64,000 nt of DNA from Acidobacteriota bacterium (GCA_963666215.2 CAXWPL010000005.1:1152001-1216000); one strand, 5' to 3'; numbered from the stretch's first letter, positions 39,886 to 50,287 are shown. The notes: generated by a model from the sequence alone, not told the origin. A program made the numbers and translations.

Positions 39886-42800
39886 CTAACGACGGATAGT
39901 GGCCCAACGCCGGCTCAGCGTCTCCGCCGTCGCTTCGAGCGACTGCAGTGCGTCGAGCGCCTGCCGGGTCGGCCGCGCATCTGCGCTCTGCAGCAGGTAC
40001 TGGACGAACAGCAGCTTCTGCTGCAACCCGACGACTGTTTCCCGATCTCCCGGAGTGGCGCTGATGCTGCCGTAGACGATGTCGGGCTCGCTGGGCTCGC
40101 CGAGCCCTCGAAGTGCCATGATCGACTCGTAAGCGCCGCTCACCAGCCTGGCGCGGGCCACGAAGTTGTCGATGGTGTCGCGCAGCTCCTGAGCACGCTC
40201 GTAGGCGCGATATGCCCGCACAGAGGCGTCGGTTTGCAGGCGGAGGTCGTCGTCGCTGATCTCGACACGCGGGTCCATGGCCACCGTCAGGCGGCGCTCC
40301 CGAACGTCGCCGCCGACCGTCAAGCGGACCGTGTAGTCACCGGGATGCACGAACGGTCCGAGCGGTCCGCTCGGCGTTCGTCCACGAACGGCCGCTATCG
40401 AGAAGCTCCTTCGCGCGCCGCTGGGCGGCGTGTAGCGAAGATCCCAGATAAATCGGTGGTGTCCCGGGGCGCTCGACAGTGGCTGCGACGGACGCATCCA
40501 GTACGTCGGGTGCGCCAGCGTGTCGGGGTCGACCACCTCGGCCGCATCGGCGCTCGAGAAACGGCGGATTGTGTCGCCCGAGCTGTCGACAATTTCAAGA
40601 ATCACCTCGCCCGCGAGATCGGCCAGCACGTAGTCGAGAATCGCACCGTCGGGCGGATTCTCGCCGGCCGGCTCCTCGGGCGGCAGAGGGGTGTCCGAGA
40701 ACATGTTCCAGCGCACGCGTGTTGCCGGCGGCGGTGAGTAGAGAAAGGTCGCACGCGCCGATGTCGCTTCGGCCAGCTCGCGCAAGGGCGCGAAGTTGTC
40801 GAGGATCCAGATCGAGCGACCGTGGGTGCCGACCACCAGATCGTCGTCGTGGATCACGAGGTCGCGGATCGAGGTCGCGGGCATGTTCAGACGTAACGAC
40901 TGCCAGCTGTCGCCGTCGTCAACCGAAAAGTAGATCTCGCGCTCCGTGCCGGCAAACAGCAGTCCCGGCTGCTTCGGATCCTCGCGAACCACATTGACGG
41001 GCCCCATCTCGTGCATGCCGCGTACGATTTTCTGCCACGTGGCGCCGCCGTCGCGAGTGCGGTAGACGTGCGGACGCATGTCGTCGCGGCGAATGGCGTT
41101 GACGGCAACGTACGCGGTGTCGATGTCGAAGTGCCCGGCGTCGATCTGCGAGATTTTTTCCCAGGAGCGCAGCACGGGCGGCGTAACGTCGCTCCACCTG
41201 GCGCCTCCGCTGCGGGTCACGTGAATCAGACCGTCATCGGTGCCCGCCCAGATCGTGTCGACGTCGAGCGGCGACGGGCCCACGGCGTAGATCACGCCCC
41301 GGCGAGTCATCGTCTCGAGGTCGCCCTGACCCAACTCCCTGAAATCGCCGATGCTCTCTGGAACCTCGGGCTGCTCGCTCGACAGGTCGGGGCTGATGAC
41401 CTCCCAGTTGTTACCGCCGGTGTGCGTCTTCCACAGAACATTGGTCGCGAACAGCAGCATGGTCGGGTCGGCCGGATGGAACAGCAGCGGCATCGTACGC
41501 ACGCCGCGGTACCGTCCTGAGCGCAGCGCCTCGGGAGAGACGTTCTGCGTCTGCCCTGTGCGCTTGTCATGCCGCACCACGCGGCCACCGAAGACGATGT
41601 CGGGATCCAGCGGATCGGGAGCGACGTAGGCGTACTCGTCGGCGCCGATGCCAACCCAGTCACGGAACGAGATCTGCCCGCCGTTGCCACGGCTAGCCGT
41701 GCCGATGGCGCCGCTCTCCTGCTGGCCGCCGTAGACCCAATAGGGGAATTGATCGTCGGTGGCGACGTGGTAAAGCTGCGCCGTCGGCTGGTTGTACCAG
41801 GAGCTCCAGGTACGGCCGCCATTCACCGTGATCGTGGCCCCCTGGTCGGCCACAAAGAGCATCGTCTCGGGCTGCTCGGGGTTGATCCAGATGCGGTGGT
41901 AGTCGTCACCTCCGGGCGCACCCTTGATCGACGTCCACGTCTGCCCGGCGTCGTCGGAGCGATACGACGCGATGTTGCCAACGAAGAGCACATCGGGATC
42001 GCGCGGGTGCACCCGAATCTCACCGAAGTCGTCGCCGCGTCCCCACAGCCGCCGGTCGATGCTGATTGGCGTCCAGCTCTCGCCCCCGTCGTCCGATCGA
42101 TAGATCCCGCCGCCCTCGCGGGCGTTGACCGTCGCGTACAGGCGGCGCGGGTGACTGCGGGAGATGCCGACGCCAATGCGGCCGAGCCCCTGTTCGCCAG
42201 TCGGCAGCCCACCCGTGAGCTGGCGCCACGTCGAGCCCCCGTCGGTGGACTTGTACAGACCGCTGTGCGTGCCCGAGAAGCGAGCGTTCTCCCACGGCCC
42301 CTCGCGGTGCTCCCACATGTCGGCGTACACCACCTGCGGGTTGGTCGGGTCGAGCTCGACCTGGATCGCGCCGGTGTTGTGGTTGATGTAGAGAACCTTC
42401 TCCCAGCTGCGACCGCCGTCGGTGGTGCGGAAAACGCCACGCTCCTCGTTCGGCCCGTACGGGTGCCCGAGCCCGGCCACGAAAACAACGTCCGGATCGC
42501 TCGGGTGCACGATGATGCGGCCAACCTGCTGTACGTCGCCCAGGCCGACGTGAGCCCAGGTGTCGCCGCCGTCGATCGACTTGAAGATGCCATCGCCCAC
42601 CGCCAGGTCGGGTCGGTGCAGCCCCTCGCCGCTGCCGATATAGATCACATTCGGGTGCGAAGGCGACACCGCGATGTCGCCGACCGATCCCGTGGGCGCG
42701 TCGTCGAAGATCGGTTGCCACGTGCGACCGAAGTCGTCGGTTTTCCAGGCCCCGCCGTTGTTGACGCCCACGTAGAAGACACCGGGCTGCGAGGGAACAC

Positions 42801-42969
42801 CCACACCCCCGACGGTCCGGCTGCCTCGGAACGGCCCTATCGAGCGGTATCGGAGATCTCGATAGAGCGCCGAGTCGTGAAGTTCGAGAGTGTCGCGAAC
42901 GCCCTCCTGCGCCAGCGCGGCGCCCGCAAACAGGAGGACAACGCAGGAAAAAGCCCCTCCACGTCTCAC
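39886..42969 (-). CDS. VPS10/BNR-repeat (sortilin-like) secreted protein, putative glycosyl hydrolase
   Basis: YRSIGPFRG.R, multiple S/T.DGG.TW Asp-boxes, DYHRIWINP, VGTHGRSIWILD; start uncertain. Confidence 0.88.
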   Translation of the reverse strand: MRRGGAFSCVVLLFAGAALAQEGVRDTLELHDSALYRDLRYRSIGPFRGSRTVGGVGVPSQPGVFYVGVNNGGAWKTDDFGRTWQPIFDDAPTGSVGDIAVSPSHPNVIYIGSGEGLHRPDLAVGDGIFKSIDGGDTWAHVGLGDVQQVGRIIVHPSDPDVVFVAGLGHPYGPNEERGVFRTTDGGRSWEKVLYINHNTGAIQVELDPTNPQVVYADMWEHREGPWENARFSGTHSGLYKSTDGGSTWRQLTGGLPTGEQGLGRIGVGISRSHPRRLYATVNAREGGGIYRSDDGGESWTPISIDRRLWGRGDDFGEIRVHPRDPDVLFVGNIASYRSDDAGQTWTSIKGAPGGDDYHRIWINPEQPETMLFVADQGATITVNGGRTWSSWYNQPTAQLYHVATDDQFPYWVYGGQQESGAIGTASRGNGGQISFRDWVGIGADEYAYVAPDPLDPDIVFGGRVVRHDKRTGQTQNVSPEALRSGRYRGVRTMPLLFHPADPTMLLFATNVLWKTHTGGNNWEVISPDLSSEQPEVPESIGDFRELGQGDLETMTRRGVIYAVGPSPLDVDTIWAGTDDGLIHVTRSGGARWSDVTPPVLRSWEKISQIDAGHFDIDTAYVAVNAIRRDDMRPHVYRTRDGGATWQKIVRGMHEMGPVNVVREDPKQPGLLFAGTEREIYFSVDDGDSWQSLRLNMPATSIRDLVIHDDDLVVGTHGRSIWILDNFAPLRELAEATSARATFLYSPPPATRVRWNMFSDTPLPPEEPAGENPPDGAILDYVLADLAGEVILEIVDSSGDTIRRFSSADAAEVVDPDTLAHPTYWMRPSQPLSSAPGHHRFIWDLRYTPPSGARRSFSIAAVRGRTPSGPLGPFVHPGDYTVRLTVGGDVRERRLTVAMDPRVEISDDDLRLQTDASVRAYRAYERAQELRDTIDNFVARARLVSGAYESIMALRGLGEPSEPDIVYGSISATPGDRETVVGLQQKLLFVQYLLQSADARPTRQALDALQSLEATAETLSRRWATIRR

Positions 42970-43001
42970 AGACAACAACTCTCGAACTTCAATCCGAGCC
43001 T

Positions 43002-43422
43002 CTACTCGCTGTAGAAGTACGCGCCGGCGACCGACCCGATGCACATCTCGGCGAACGTCCCGATGAGCGTGATGACGGCAGCGCGACCGGTCACAAGCCC
43101 CATCGTGATGAAGAAAACCGCCGGCAGCACGTAGTTACAGGATCCAGACGAACACCGCGGCGCAGACGGCGGTTTTCGGACCGACGCCGCTACGGTCGCG
43201 CAGCACCGCATAGAGCCACATCGTCAGAATCGCCACGACGAATGTCATGCCAACAAACAACGCGATCGTCCCGCCGCCCGGCTCAGGCACGTTCAGCGCC
43301 TCGAACGCGGCCTGGTTCTGCTCGGCGAGCACCCCGTCGTTGAGGATGAATTCGCTGATGGACATCACGACGCCGGCAACGATGCCGCTGATCAGGACCT
43401 TCGAGTTGTTGATCGATGTCAT
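43002..43422 (-). pseudogene. Small 4-TM membrane protein, 1-bp frameshift near 43140
   Basis: ORF 43135-43434 ends at VWIL; hydrophobic continuation NYVLPAVFF...AGAYFYSE lies in another frame. Confidence 0.65.
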
Positions 43423-43611
43423 GGAAGCCTTCATGCTTGGGGACGATCGCTAATCACTCCGGGGCGACCGACTACGATTCCCTCCGCGGCGCATTTGTAG
43501 CCGACGAGAGCCACCGGCGCCAGGGGACCCCTGCGATCCGTCACACGCCCGCAACCTCCCCCTCCCTTCCGGCGCACGCAAGTGCGGCCGCCTCGCCTAC
43601 TTCCAGGAGCC

Positions 43612-44658
43612 ATGGTGGAGACAACGAAGCTCGACGACGGCAGCGATCCGGCGACGACCGCCGACCTTTTCGACAGGCTCGATGGCCTCGATATCGCCTA
43701 CAGCACCGTCGATCATCAGCCGGTGTTCACCGTTGAGGAGGCGAAAGCGCTGCGTGGGGAGCACTGGCTGTGGATAAAAGGACGACGAACGCCGAATGCC
43801 GACGTCGAGCAAGTGCGCGCCGAGATCGAGGGAATCGCGGCTCGCCTATCGGCCGAGTACTCCGAAACCAACGAGCTCGAGCGCGTGACGGTGCTCGCCA
43901 CGAACGATGTGTCGTTCAACCCGGACTTCGACAGCACCATGATGCCGGCCGGGATGCTCATGCTAGGTGTAGTGGGGTTGGTGCTGCTGGTTGCCTGCGC
44001 CAATCTCGCCAACATGATGCTGGCCCGCGCCGCAAACCGAGCCCGCGAGATCGCCATCCGCGTTGCCCTCGGAGCGGGGCGCGTCCAGCTGGTAGGCCAA
44101 CTCCTCACCGAGAGCGTCGTTCTGGCGCTTGCCGGCGGAGTTTCGGGCATGGTGCTCGCCACCTGGCTGTCTGGTCTTGTCGGGCGGTTCCAACCACCGC
44201 TACCCATAGACGTCACCTTCTCGATGGCGCCGGACTGGCGTGTGCTCCTGTTCACGATGATCGCGGCGGGGATCACCGGCGTGGTGTTCGGTCTGATTCC
44301 GGCACTGCGAGCCTCGCAACCAGACCTGGTTCCGGCGCTCAAAGACACCGGTGAGGGTACGGGTCGCGGCAAGGGAAGGGTGGAGCTGCGCGACGCGCTG
44401 GTTGTCGTACAGGTGGCGGTTTCGATTGTCCTGCTGGTGGCGGGTGCTCTTATGATCCGCAGCCTGGCGGCGGCGCAGCGGGTCAACATGGGCTACGACA
44501 TCGACCGCACCGCCTATCTCGCGCTGGCGATGGAGATGAACGGCTACGACGGCGAACAAGCGGGCGTTTTCTACGAGTCCGGTCGGCTGCGGCTCGAGGC
44601 ACTGCCCGAAGTCGAGGCGGTGGGCCTCACCAGCCGGTCGGTTGGCGCACTCTGGTGA
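43612..44658 (+). pseudogene. Chimera: ProX/PrdX tRNA-editing N-terminus fused in frame to the middle of an ADOP permease, 3'-truncated
   Basis: LFDRLDGLDIAYSTVDHQPVFTVEEAKALRG (YbaK/ProX), then WLWIKGR...LLVACANLANMMLARA...VVVQVAVS; junction near 43762; ends in the second periplasmic domain. Confidence 0.8.
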
Positions 44659-44659
44659 C

Positions 44660-45624
44660 CGTCGTTTGTGGTCGACCGTCTCGATGGTCTTGATCGTTGC
44701 CGCCAGGCAGTTGCGCGCCGAAAGCCCGCGAACACGATGCGTGGCAACCAGAATGTCGTTGGCCGGAATGCCGATCATCACGTGATCGTCGGCCGGCAAC
44801 TCCGCTCGCAAGACGGAAACCTCCTGGCCGTCGTCGTCGTCGCCCACCCTGAGCGTGGTGGTGTGCTCAGCGTGGGCGATGACCACCGCGGGGAGGATGT
44901 TCTCGAAGCCCTCGGCGGCCGCAGACGTGTAAATGTCAGCCCGCGTGAAGACCTCGGTCGGCTCTCCCTGCGCGATGATCGATCCGTCGCGGAGCGCGAT
45001 GACCTCGTCGCAAAGAGCCTGCAGCTCGATCAGGTTGTGGGAGACGATCACGATCGGGATCTTGAAGCTGTCGCGAACACGAAGCAGGAACGGCAGAATG
45101 CGATGCCGGAGCTGGATGTCGAGCGACGCCAGCGGCTCGTCCATCATGAGCAGGCGCGGCCCCGAACACAGCGCACGCCCGAGAGCCACCCGCTGTCGCT
45201 CGCCGCCAGAGAGCCCGCCAATCGTGCGCTGCAACAGCGGCTCGAGCTCCAGCACCCGCACCACATCAGCGAAAGCGGCGGTGAAGTTATGGCCCTCGCG
45301 GAGCGCGCGGCGCGAGCCGATCTCGAGATTGCGTCTCACATCGTGATGCGGAAACAGAAGGTGATCCTGCGGCACGTAGCCGATGCCGCGGTCCTCAGGC
45401 GGCAGGTTGATTCCCGCATCGCTGTCGAGCCACACCGCGTCACCGCAGCTCAGATACCCCCGCGCGTCGCGTCGCAGACCGGCGATGGTCTCGAGCCACG
45501 TCGTCTTGCCCGAGCCGGAGGGCCCGAAGAGACCCACCACGCGCTGGCTCGTGGTGCACTCCACGTCCAAAGAGAACTTGTCGAGCGGCACGCGCAGGTG
45601 CATGCGGAGCGTGGATCGGCTCAC
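44660..45624 (-). CDS. modC: Molybdate ABC transporter ATPase, C-terminal TOBE domain apparently truncated
   Basis: [28 protein letters not shown]; GTGA overlap with modB; homology lost after TVDHK and the ORF runs on antisense to the permease to 44200. Confidence 0.85.
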
Positions 45625-46304
45625 GATTTCTTTCCGCCTGCCAGCTCGGCCCGGGGGCGCGTCAGCCACTCGGTCAGAAAGATCGCGGCAAAACCCACGA
45701 CCAGGGCGACGACGAGCAGGACGTTGCCGCGCTCCCAGTTTCCCGCCGAGTGGGCACTGAAGATCGCCGAAGAGAGCGTCTGCGTACGGCCGGGGATATT
45801 GCCAGCCAGCGTCACGGTGGCCCCGAACTCCCCCATCGCTCGTGTGAACCCGAGAATCATCGAAGCGATCAACCCTCGACCAGCGAGCGGCAGCGTGATG
45901 GTCAAGAAAGTCCGCAGCGGCCCGTAGCCGAGAGTGCGCGCCATCGCCTCGAGGCGCGGGTTCACTTCTTCGAAGCTCACTCGTGCCGTCCGTACCACCA
46001 AGGGCATCGACATGACGCTGCAGGCCACGACGACAGCCTTCCAGGTGAACAGGATGTCGAGATCAAGTCCGAGTGTGGAGCGCCCAAGAGGGCCGCTGTC
46101 CGCTAGCAAGCGCAGCAGCAGGTAACCCACCGCCGTCGGTGGCAGAACCAGCGGCAGACTCACCAACGTGGAGATCACGCTCTTGCCGGTGAATTCGTAG
46201 CGCGCCAGCACATAGGCGAGCAGTCCCCCCGGCACCATCACCACGCACGTCGAGAGCGCGGCCCATAGAACCGTGGAACCGACGACTGTCCAAAGTGTTT
46301 CCAC
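45621..46304 (-). CDS. modB: Molybdate ABC transporter permease
   Basis: [37 protein letters not shown]. Confidence 0.95.
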   Translation of the reverse strand: METLWTVVGSTVLWAALSTCVVMVPGGLLAYVLARYEFTGKSVISTLVSLPLVLPPTAVGYLLLRLLADSGPLGRSTLGLDLDILFTWKAVVVACSVMSMPLVVRTARVSFEEVNPRLEAMARTLGYGPLRTFLTITLPLAGRGLIASMILGFTRAMGEFGATVTLAGNIPGRTQTLSSAIFSAHSAGNWERGNVLLVVALVVGFAAIFLTEWLTRPRAELAGGKKS

Positions 46305-46330
46305 GGTACTTCTCGCCTTGTGCTGTGCCG

Positions 46331-47137
46331 CTAGCTGTCGGACGCCAACGTGAAGCCGTGCTCTGCGAACAGAGCGGCCGCGGCCGGACTGCTCAAGAAG
46401 TCGAGAAAATCCCGCGCCATCGTAGGCCGCTGCGTAGCGTTGACGATCGCCGCGGGATACTGAATTCGAGGTCCGTCTGCCGCGGCAACCTCGTGAATCA
46501 AACGGACGTCGCGCTGTCGCGCGATGTAATCGGTGCGATACACAATGCCGATCACATCGAAGCTACCCTCCACCTGAGCCAATGCCGCGCGCACATCGGG
46601 CGTCGGTGAGAGCCGGCCATCGACCTTGCTCCAAGCACCCTGTCCGTCGGGGCATCCGACTGATTCTAGCCATTGCCTGGCATAACGACCGGCCGGCACG
46701 GAGTCGGGATCGCCGGTGGCAAGAAAGGCGAACGAAAGCTCACAAAGATCGCGGGCCACTTCCATCTCGTAGTCCGAACCGTTGTTGGCAATAACCACGA
46801 GGCTGTTGGACAGGAGCGTGCGGCGTGATCCGTTCAGCAGCCTGTCACCGCGTTCAACTTCGTCCATCCATCGCTCGCTCGCGCTCAGGAACAGATCGGC
46901 GCGGGGAGCGGCCAACAGCTGCTGCGCCAATGCCCCGGAGCTCGCAAAGTTGTAGACGATGTGGACCGAGCTGTCGCGCTCGTAGGCATCGCCGACCGCT
47001 TGGATGACGTCGGTCAGGCTGGCAGCCACAAACAGCGTCAGCGTCGCTGGGTCCGCGCCACTCTCGGACTGGCTGCCGCATCCGAAAACCGACGTCAACA
47101 GGGCGAAAATCGCGATCAGGCGCAGATGTTTCTTCAC
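46331..47137 (-). CDS. modA: Molybdate ABC transporter substrate-binding lipoprotein
   Basis: Lipobox [34 protein letters not shown]. Confidence 0.95.
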   Translation of the reverse strand: MKKHLRLIAIFALLTSVFGCGSQSESGADPATLTLFVAASLTDVIQAVGDAYERDSSVHIVYNFASSGALAQQLLAAPRADLFLSASERWMDEVERGDRLLNGSRRTLLSNSLVVIANNGSDYEMEVARDLCELSFAFLATGDPDSVPAGRYARQWLESVGCPDGQGAWSKVDGRLSPTPDVRAALAQVEGSFDVIGIVYRTDYIARQRDVRLIHEVAAADGPRIQYPAAIVNATQRPTMARDFLDFLSSPAAAALFAEHGFTLASDS

Positions 47138-47326
47138 AGGATTCCACGAGCGGCCACGCCGCGCGCGGCCGAAATGACTGGAGCTGCTGAAAACACGGCG
47201 AGTCGCGCTGGCAAGCGCAGCGCGGGCTGCAAAGCCTCAGACGGCCGATCGCTGGACGATCTCATGGCGCCGCGTCGCCGACAAGTTGAGTCGACGAGCC
47301 CCGCGTGCGCTATGCCGCGGCCAGCC

Positions 47327-47740
47327 TCACGCTTTCTGCCTCGCGGCGACCGTCGATGTCTGCCGCTTCCACCGGTACCAACCAATCGTCGAGGCGATGA
47401 GCACGACCGCCAGCGTAAGGGGCACGCGGTTGATCTCACCGTTGAAGAGGTGCGTCAACGTTGCCCCAGCCATGGTGACGGCGATCGTTGCGCCGCCGAA
47501 GGGCGCCAACTTTGGCACCAGGAACAGCAACGCGCCGCCGACCTCGACAATACCGACGATCGGCACCAGAGCCGCGGGCAGTCCCCAGTTGGCGAAGCGA
47601 GTGCCCCATCCCTCGCCGTTGGTGAGCTTGTTGAGACCCGGGCCGAACATCATGAGGGCGACGAGCACCGTGAGCACCCACACGAGACTGATCCCGGCGA
47701 TTTGCTTGGGGCTGCGCTTGGTGAGTCTCGGGTCGCTCAT
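47327..47740 (-). CDS. DoxX family membrane protein
   Basis: G..KL......F..WG.P......GIVEV.GA..L..P, M.GA..TH; GGAG RBS. Confidence 0.8.
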   Translation of the reverse strand: MSDPRLTKRSPKQIAGISLVWVLTVLVALMMFGPGLNKLTNGEGWGTRFANWGLPAALVPIVGIVEVGGALLFLVPKLAPFGGATIAVTMAGATLTHLFNGEINRVPLTLAVVLIASTIGWYRWKRQTSTVAARQKA

Positions 47741-47807
47741 CTCGTTCCGTCTCCAAGTGGATCGCGAGCTTGGTGCGGCCGCCGGCGCCGCTACGGGCCT
47801 GCCGGTC

Positions 47808-48593
47808 CTACGATCGCCGGCCGCGGCTGGGAACGTCCACGCGGCCGCCAACGTCGGTGTGGCGAATGCTGCCGCTGCCATCGCGGCGAACCGTGAAGTC
47901 GCCACCGACGCGCTCGACCGTGATATTGCCCGAGCTGTCGGACTCGACGAGAACCGACCCTTCGATGTCGACCACGTGGATGCCACCAGAGCTGTCCTCG
48001 AGCACCACCGAGCGACCGCCACGCACGTCGATGTCGCCGGAGCTGTCGTCAATACGCACGTCACCCATGACGCCGTTGAGCTCGATATCGCCTGAGCTGT
48101 CGTCAATCGAGACGTCGCCGGCCACCTGATCCACCTCGATGTCGCCCGAGCTGTCGTCGATGTTCGCACCAGCGATATTACGCAGCGTCATGTTGCCGCT
48201 GCTGTCGTCGACCTCGAGCATGAGCGACTGTGGCACCGTGATAACCAGGTCGATGCTGGCGTAGTTGGAGCCGCTCCAGCTACGGATCTCGGGAATCTCC
48301 GCCTCGACCTCTACCGTGTCGCCGCGCCGCTCGGTTCGAACCGACATGTCGTCGAGAAGCTCTTCACGACCCGCACAGGCGCGCCCTTCGACGCGGATAT
48401 CCGTCTGCCCAGCCCGGCCCTCGATCTGGAGATCACCGGCGCGCGCGCTGATGTGCGCCAAGCCGGCGCCCGACACGTCGATGGTCTCGTTGATGTCTTT
48501 GGAGTGCGCGCAACGGTTCTGCGCTTCGGCCGTTGCCACGCTCCAGGCACCAACCAGGACCAACGCTACGCTCAGGCTCAGGGCTCTTTTCAC
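47808..48593 (-). CDS. DUF4097-type beta-strand repeat secreted protein
   Basis: Signal peptide, IDL.I.VP, about six DDSSGDI repeats; GGAGG RBS before GTG. Confidence 0.8.
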   Translation of the reverse strand: MKRALSLSVALVLVGAWSVATAEAQNRCAHSKDINETIDVSGAGLAHISARAGDLQIEGRAGQTDIRVEGRACAGREELLDDMSVRTERRGDTVEVEAEIPEIRSWSGSNYASIDLVITVPQSLMLEVDDSSGNMTLRNIAGANIDDSSGDIEVDQVAGDVSIDDSSGDIELNGVMGDVRIDDSSGDIDVRGGRSVVLEDSSGGIHVVDIEGSVLVESDSSGNITVERVGGDFTVRRDGSGSIRHTDVGGRVDVPSRGRRS

Positions 48594-48711
48594 TGTGTTT
48601 CCTCCGCGGGGTGTGTCGAGGGAGAACGGGCCGGCCCTCTCTGCCAACGTGGGGTGAGACGATGGAGGTTGGATAATTACTGAGCAAGAGGGCGAGGTCG
48701 GAGACACAAGA

Positions 48712-49203
48712 ATGTCGGAGTTGAGCAACAGCGGTGCAGGAGATCACGAGGCCACCGGACGTCCGGTGCAGGGAGCCGGAGGCGACCGAAAGCGGACGTC
48801 GCGCGAGCCCGCGGTCCCGGCCCCCGACCCCCAGTTGGTCGAGCGACCACGGCGCCGCAAGTTCACCGCCGAGTACAAGGTCCGGGTGGTACGCGAGGCG
48901 GACGGGTGCTCGAAGCCCGGCGAGGTCGGCGCGCTGCTGCGGCGCGAGGGGCTGTACTCGTCGCATCTGTCGGTGTGGCGTAAGCAGCGTGGCGCCGGGG
49001 CATTGGTGGCGCTGGCTAAGCCACGCGGCCGGCCGGCGCCCGATCCCCGAGACGCGCAGCTTGCCAACCTGCGTCGCCGAGCCGAGCGGGCCGAGGCGGA
49101 GCTCGAGAAGGCACGGCGAGTAATCGAGGTGCAGGGAAACGTCTCCGCGCTTCTGGGAGAGCTGCTCGAGCCCAGGGGCGCCAACGCGACTACCAAGCGA
49201 TGA
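48712..49203 (+). CDS. IS3-family transposase OrfA
   Basis: RRKFTAEYK, GALLRREGLYSSHL..WR HTH, leucine-zipper-like tail. Confidence 0.9.
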   Translation: MSELSNSGAGDHEATGRPVQGAGGDRKRTSREPAVPAPDPQLVERPRRRKFTAEYKVRVVREADGCSKPGEVGALLRREGLYSSHLSVWRKQRGAGALVALAKPRGRPAPDPRDAQLANLRRRAERAEAELEKARRVIEVQGNVSALLGELLEPRGANATTKR

Positions 49204-50204
49204 TCGAGCAAACCGTCGAACAACTCACTCCCATCATCGGGACTCGCCCGGCGTGCCGGACGCTGGGCGCCTCGCACGCGACGATCTACCGCCGCCGCCG
49301 GCCGCCTGCGCGCCGACCGAGCCGTCCGCGGCCCAAGCCGGCGAGGGCGCTGTCGGAGCCTGAACGTCACGAGGTGCTCGCCGAGTTGCATAGTGAGCGC
49401 TTCGTCGACTGCGCTCCTGCCCAGGTATGGGCGACGCTGCTGGACGAAGGCCGCTACCTGGCATCGGAGCGCACGATGTACCGGATCCTCGCCGCCCAGG
49501 GCGAGGGCGGCGAGCGGCGCAACCAGCTCGTGCACCCGCCCTACAACAAGCCCGAGCTGCTCGCCGAGCGAGTCAATGAGGTGTGGTCGTGGGACATATC
49601 CAAACTGCGAGGCCCTGCCAAGTGGACCTACTTCTACCTGTACGTCATCCTCGACGTGTTCAGCCGCTACGTGGTGGGCTGGACTCTCCAGCACCGCGAG
49701 AGCGGTCCCTTGGCCGAGCAGCTCATCGACCAGGCGCTGCTCCAGCAACGCATCGGACCTGATCAGCTCACCATCCACGCCGACCGCGGCAGCTCGATGA
49801 CCTCCAAGCCGGTCGCCTTCCTGCTCGCCGATCTCGGGGGCACCAAGACACACTCGCGGCCCTACACTTCGTCGGACAATCCCTACTCGGAGGCCCACTT
49901 CAGGACGCTCAAGTACCGGCCCGAGTTCCCTGCTCGCTTCGAGTCGATCGAACACGCCCGTCTCTTTTGCCGCATGTTCTTCCACTGGTACAACCACCAG
50001 CATCGCCACTCGGGCATCGGCCTGATGACTCCGGCGACGGTGCAGTATGGGCTCGCCTAGCAGACCCGCGATCGGCGTGCCGAAGTCCTGCTGGCCGCCT
50101 ACCGGGCGCGACCTGAGCGCTTCGTCAACCACCCGCCCCGACCGCCGGCGATCCCCACCGCCGTCTGGATCAACAAGCCTGCCACCCTCGAGAATGCTCA
50201 CTAA
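49200..50204 (+). pseudogene. IS3-family transposase OrfB (rve integrase) with premature TAG at 50058-50060
   Basis: WSWDISKL, LDVFSRY, HADRG, SDNPYSE (DDE); frame continues after TAG as ...AYRARPERF..PP.PP..PTAVWIN to TAA. Confidence 0.85.
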
Positions 50205-50258
50205 TTACTCGTGACCACCGTCTCATCCGCGTTGACAGGCACCGCGGCTCTGACTAGA

Positions 50259-50287
50259 TAGACGTCACGAATCCACCGCAGGTTTCG
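50259..50287 (-). promoter_or_regulatory. ECF-type promoter cGAAAC-N17-CGTCTA facing the IS3 element and the DUF4097-DoxX genes
   Basis: Third copy of the motif with identical spacing. Confidence 0.65.

Larger units (their letters stand above)
48642..50237 (+). mobile_element. IS3-family insertion sequence
   Basis: Imperfect IRs TGCCAACGTGGGGTGAGACGATGG vs TGTCAACGCGGATGAGACGGTGG; orfA/orfB in -1 arrangement; true ends may lie about 7 bp further out (CGG(C) direct repeat at 48632 and 50245). Confidence 0.85.

Noticed and set aside
44200-44655. Novel C-terminal domain on ModC
   Set aside because: It is the antisense reading of the permease remnant after the junction, not a real domain
47138-47326. 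Moco/Wco riboswitch upstream of modA
   Set aside because: Long GC-rich leader with small hairpins, but I could not find the conserved Moco-motif elements (CUAAG, GAAA-tetraloop stem, CUCCC/GGAG); an Rfam scan would settle it
47930-48210. Regularly spaced GAGCTGTCGTC repeats as a CRISPR-like array
   Set aside because: They are codons of the DDSSG repeats inside the DUF4097 gene; short, degenerate, and no cas genes are present
48744-50201. 485-aa antisense ORF over the IS3 element, and other long shadow ORFs (e.g. 41569-43014, 13998-15248)
   Set aside because: Expected antisense open frames in high-GC coding DNA; no recognisable motifs or RBS
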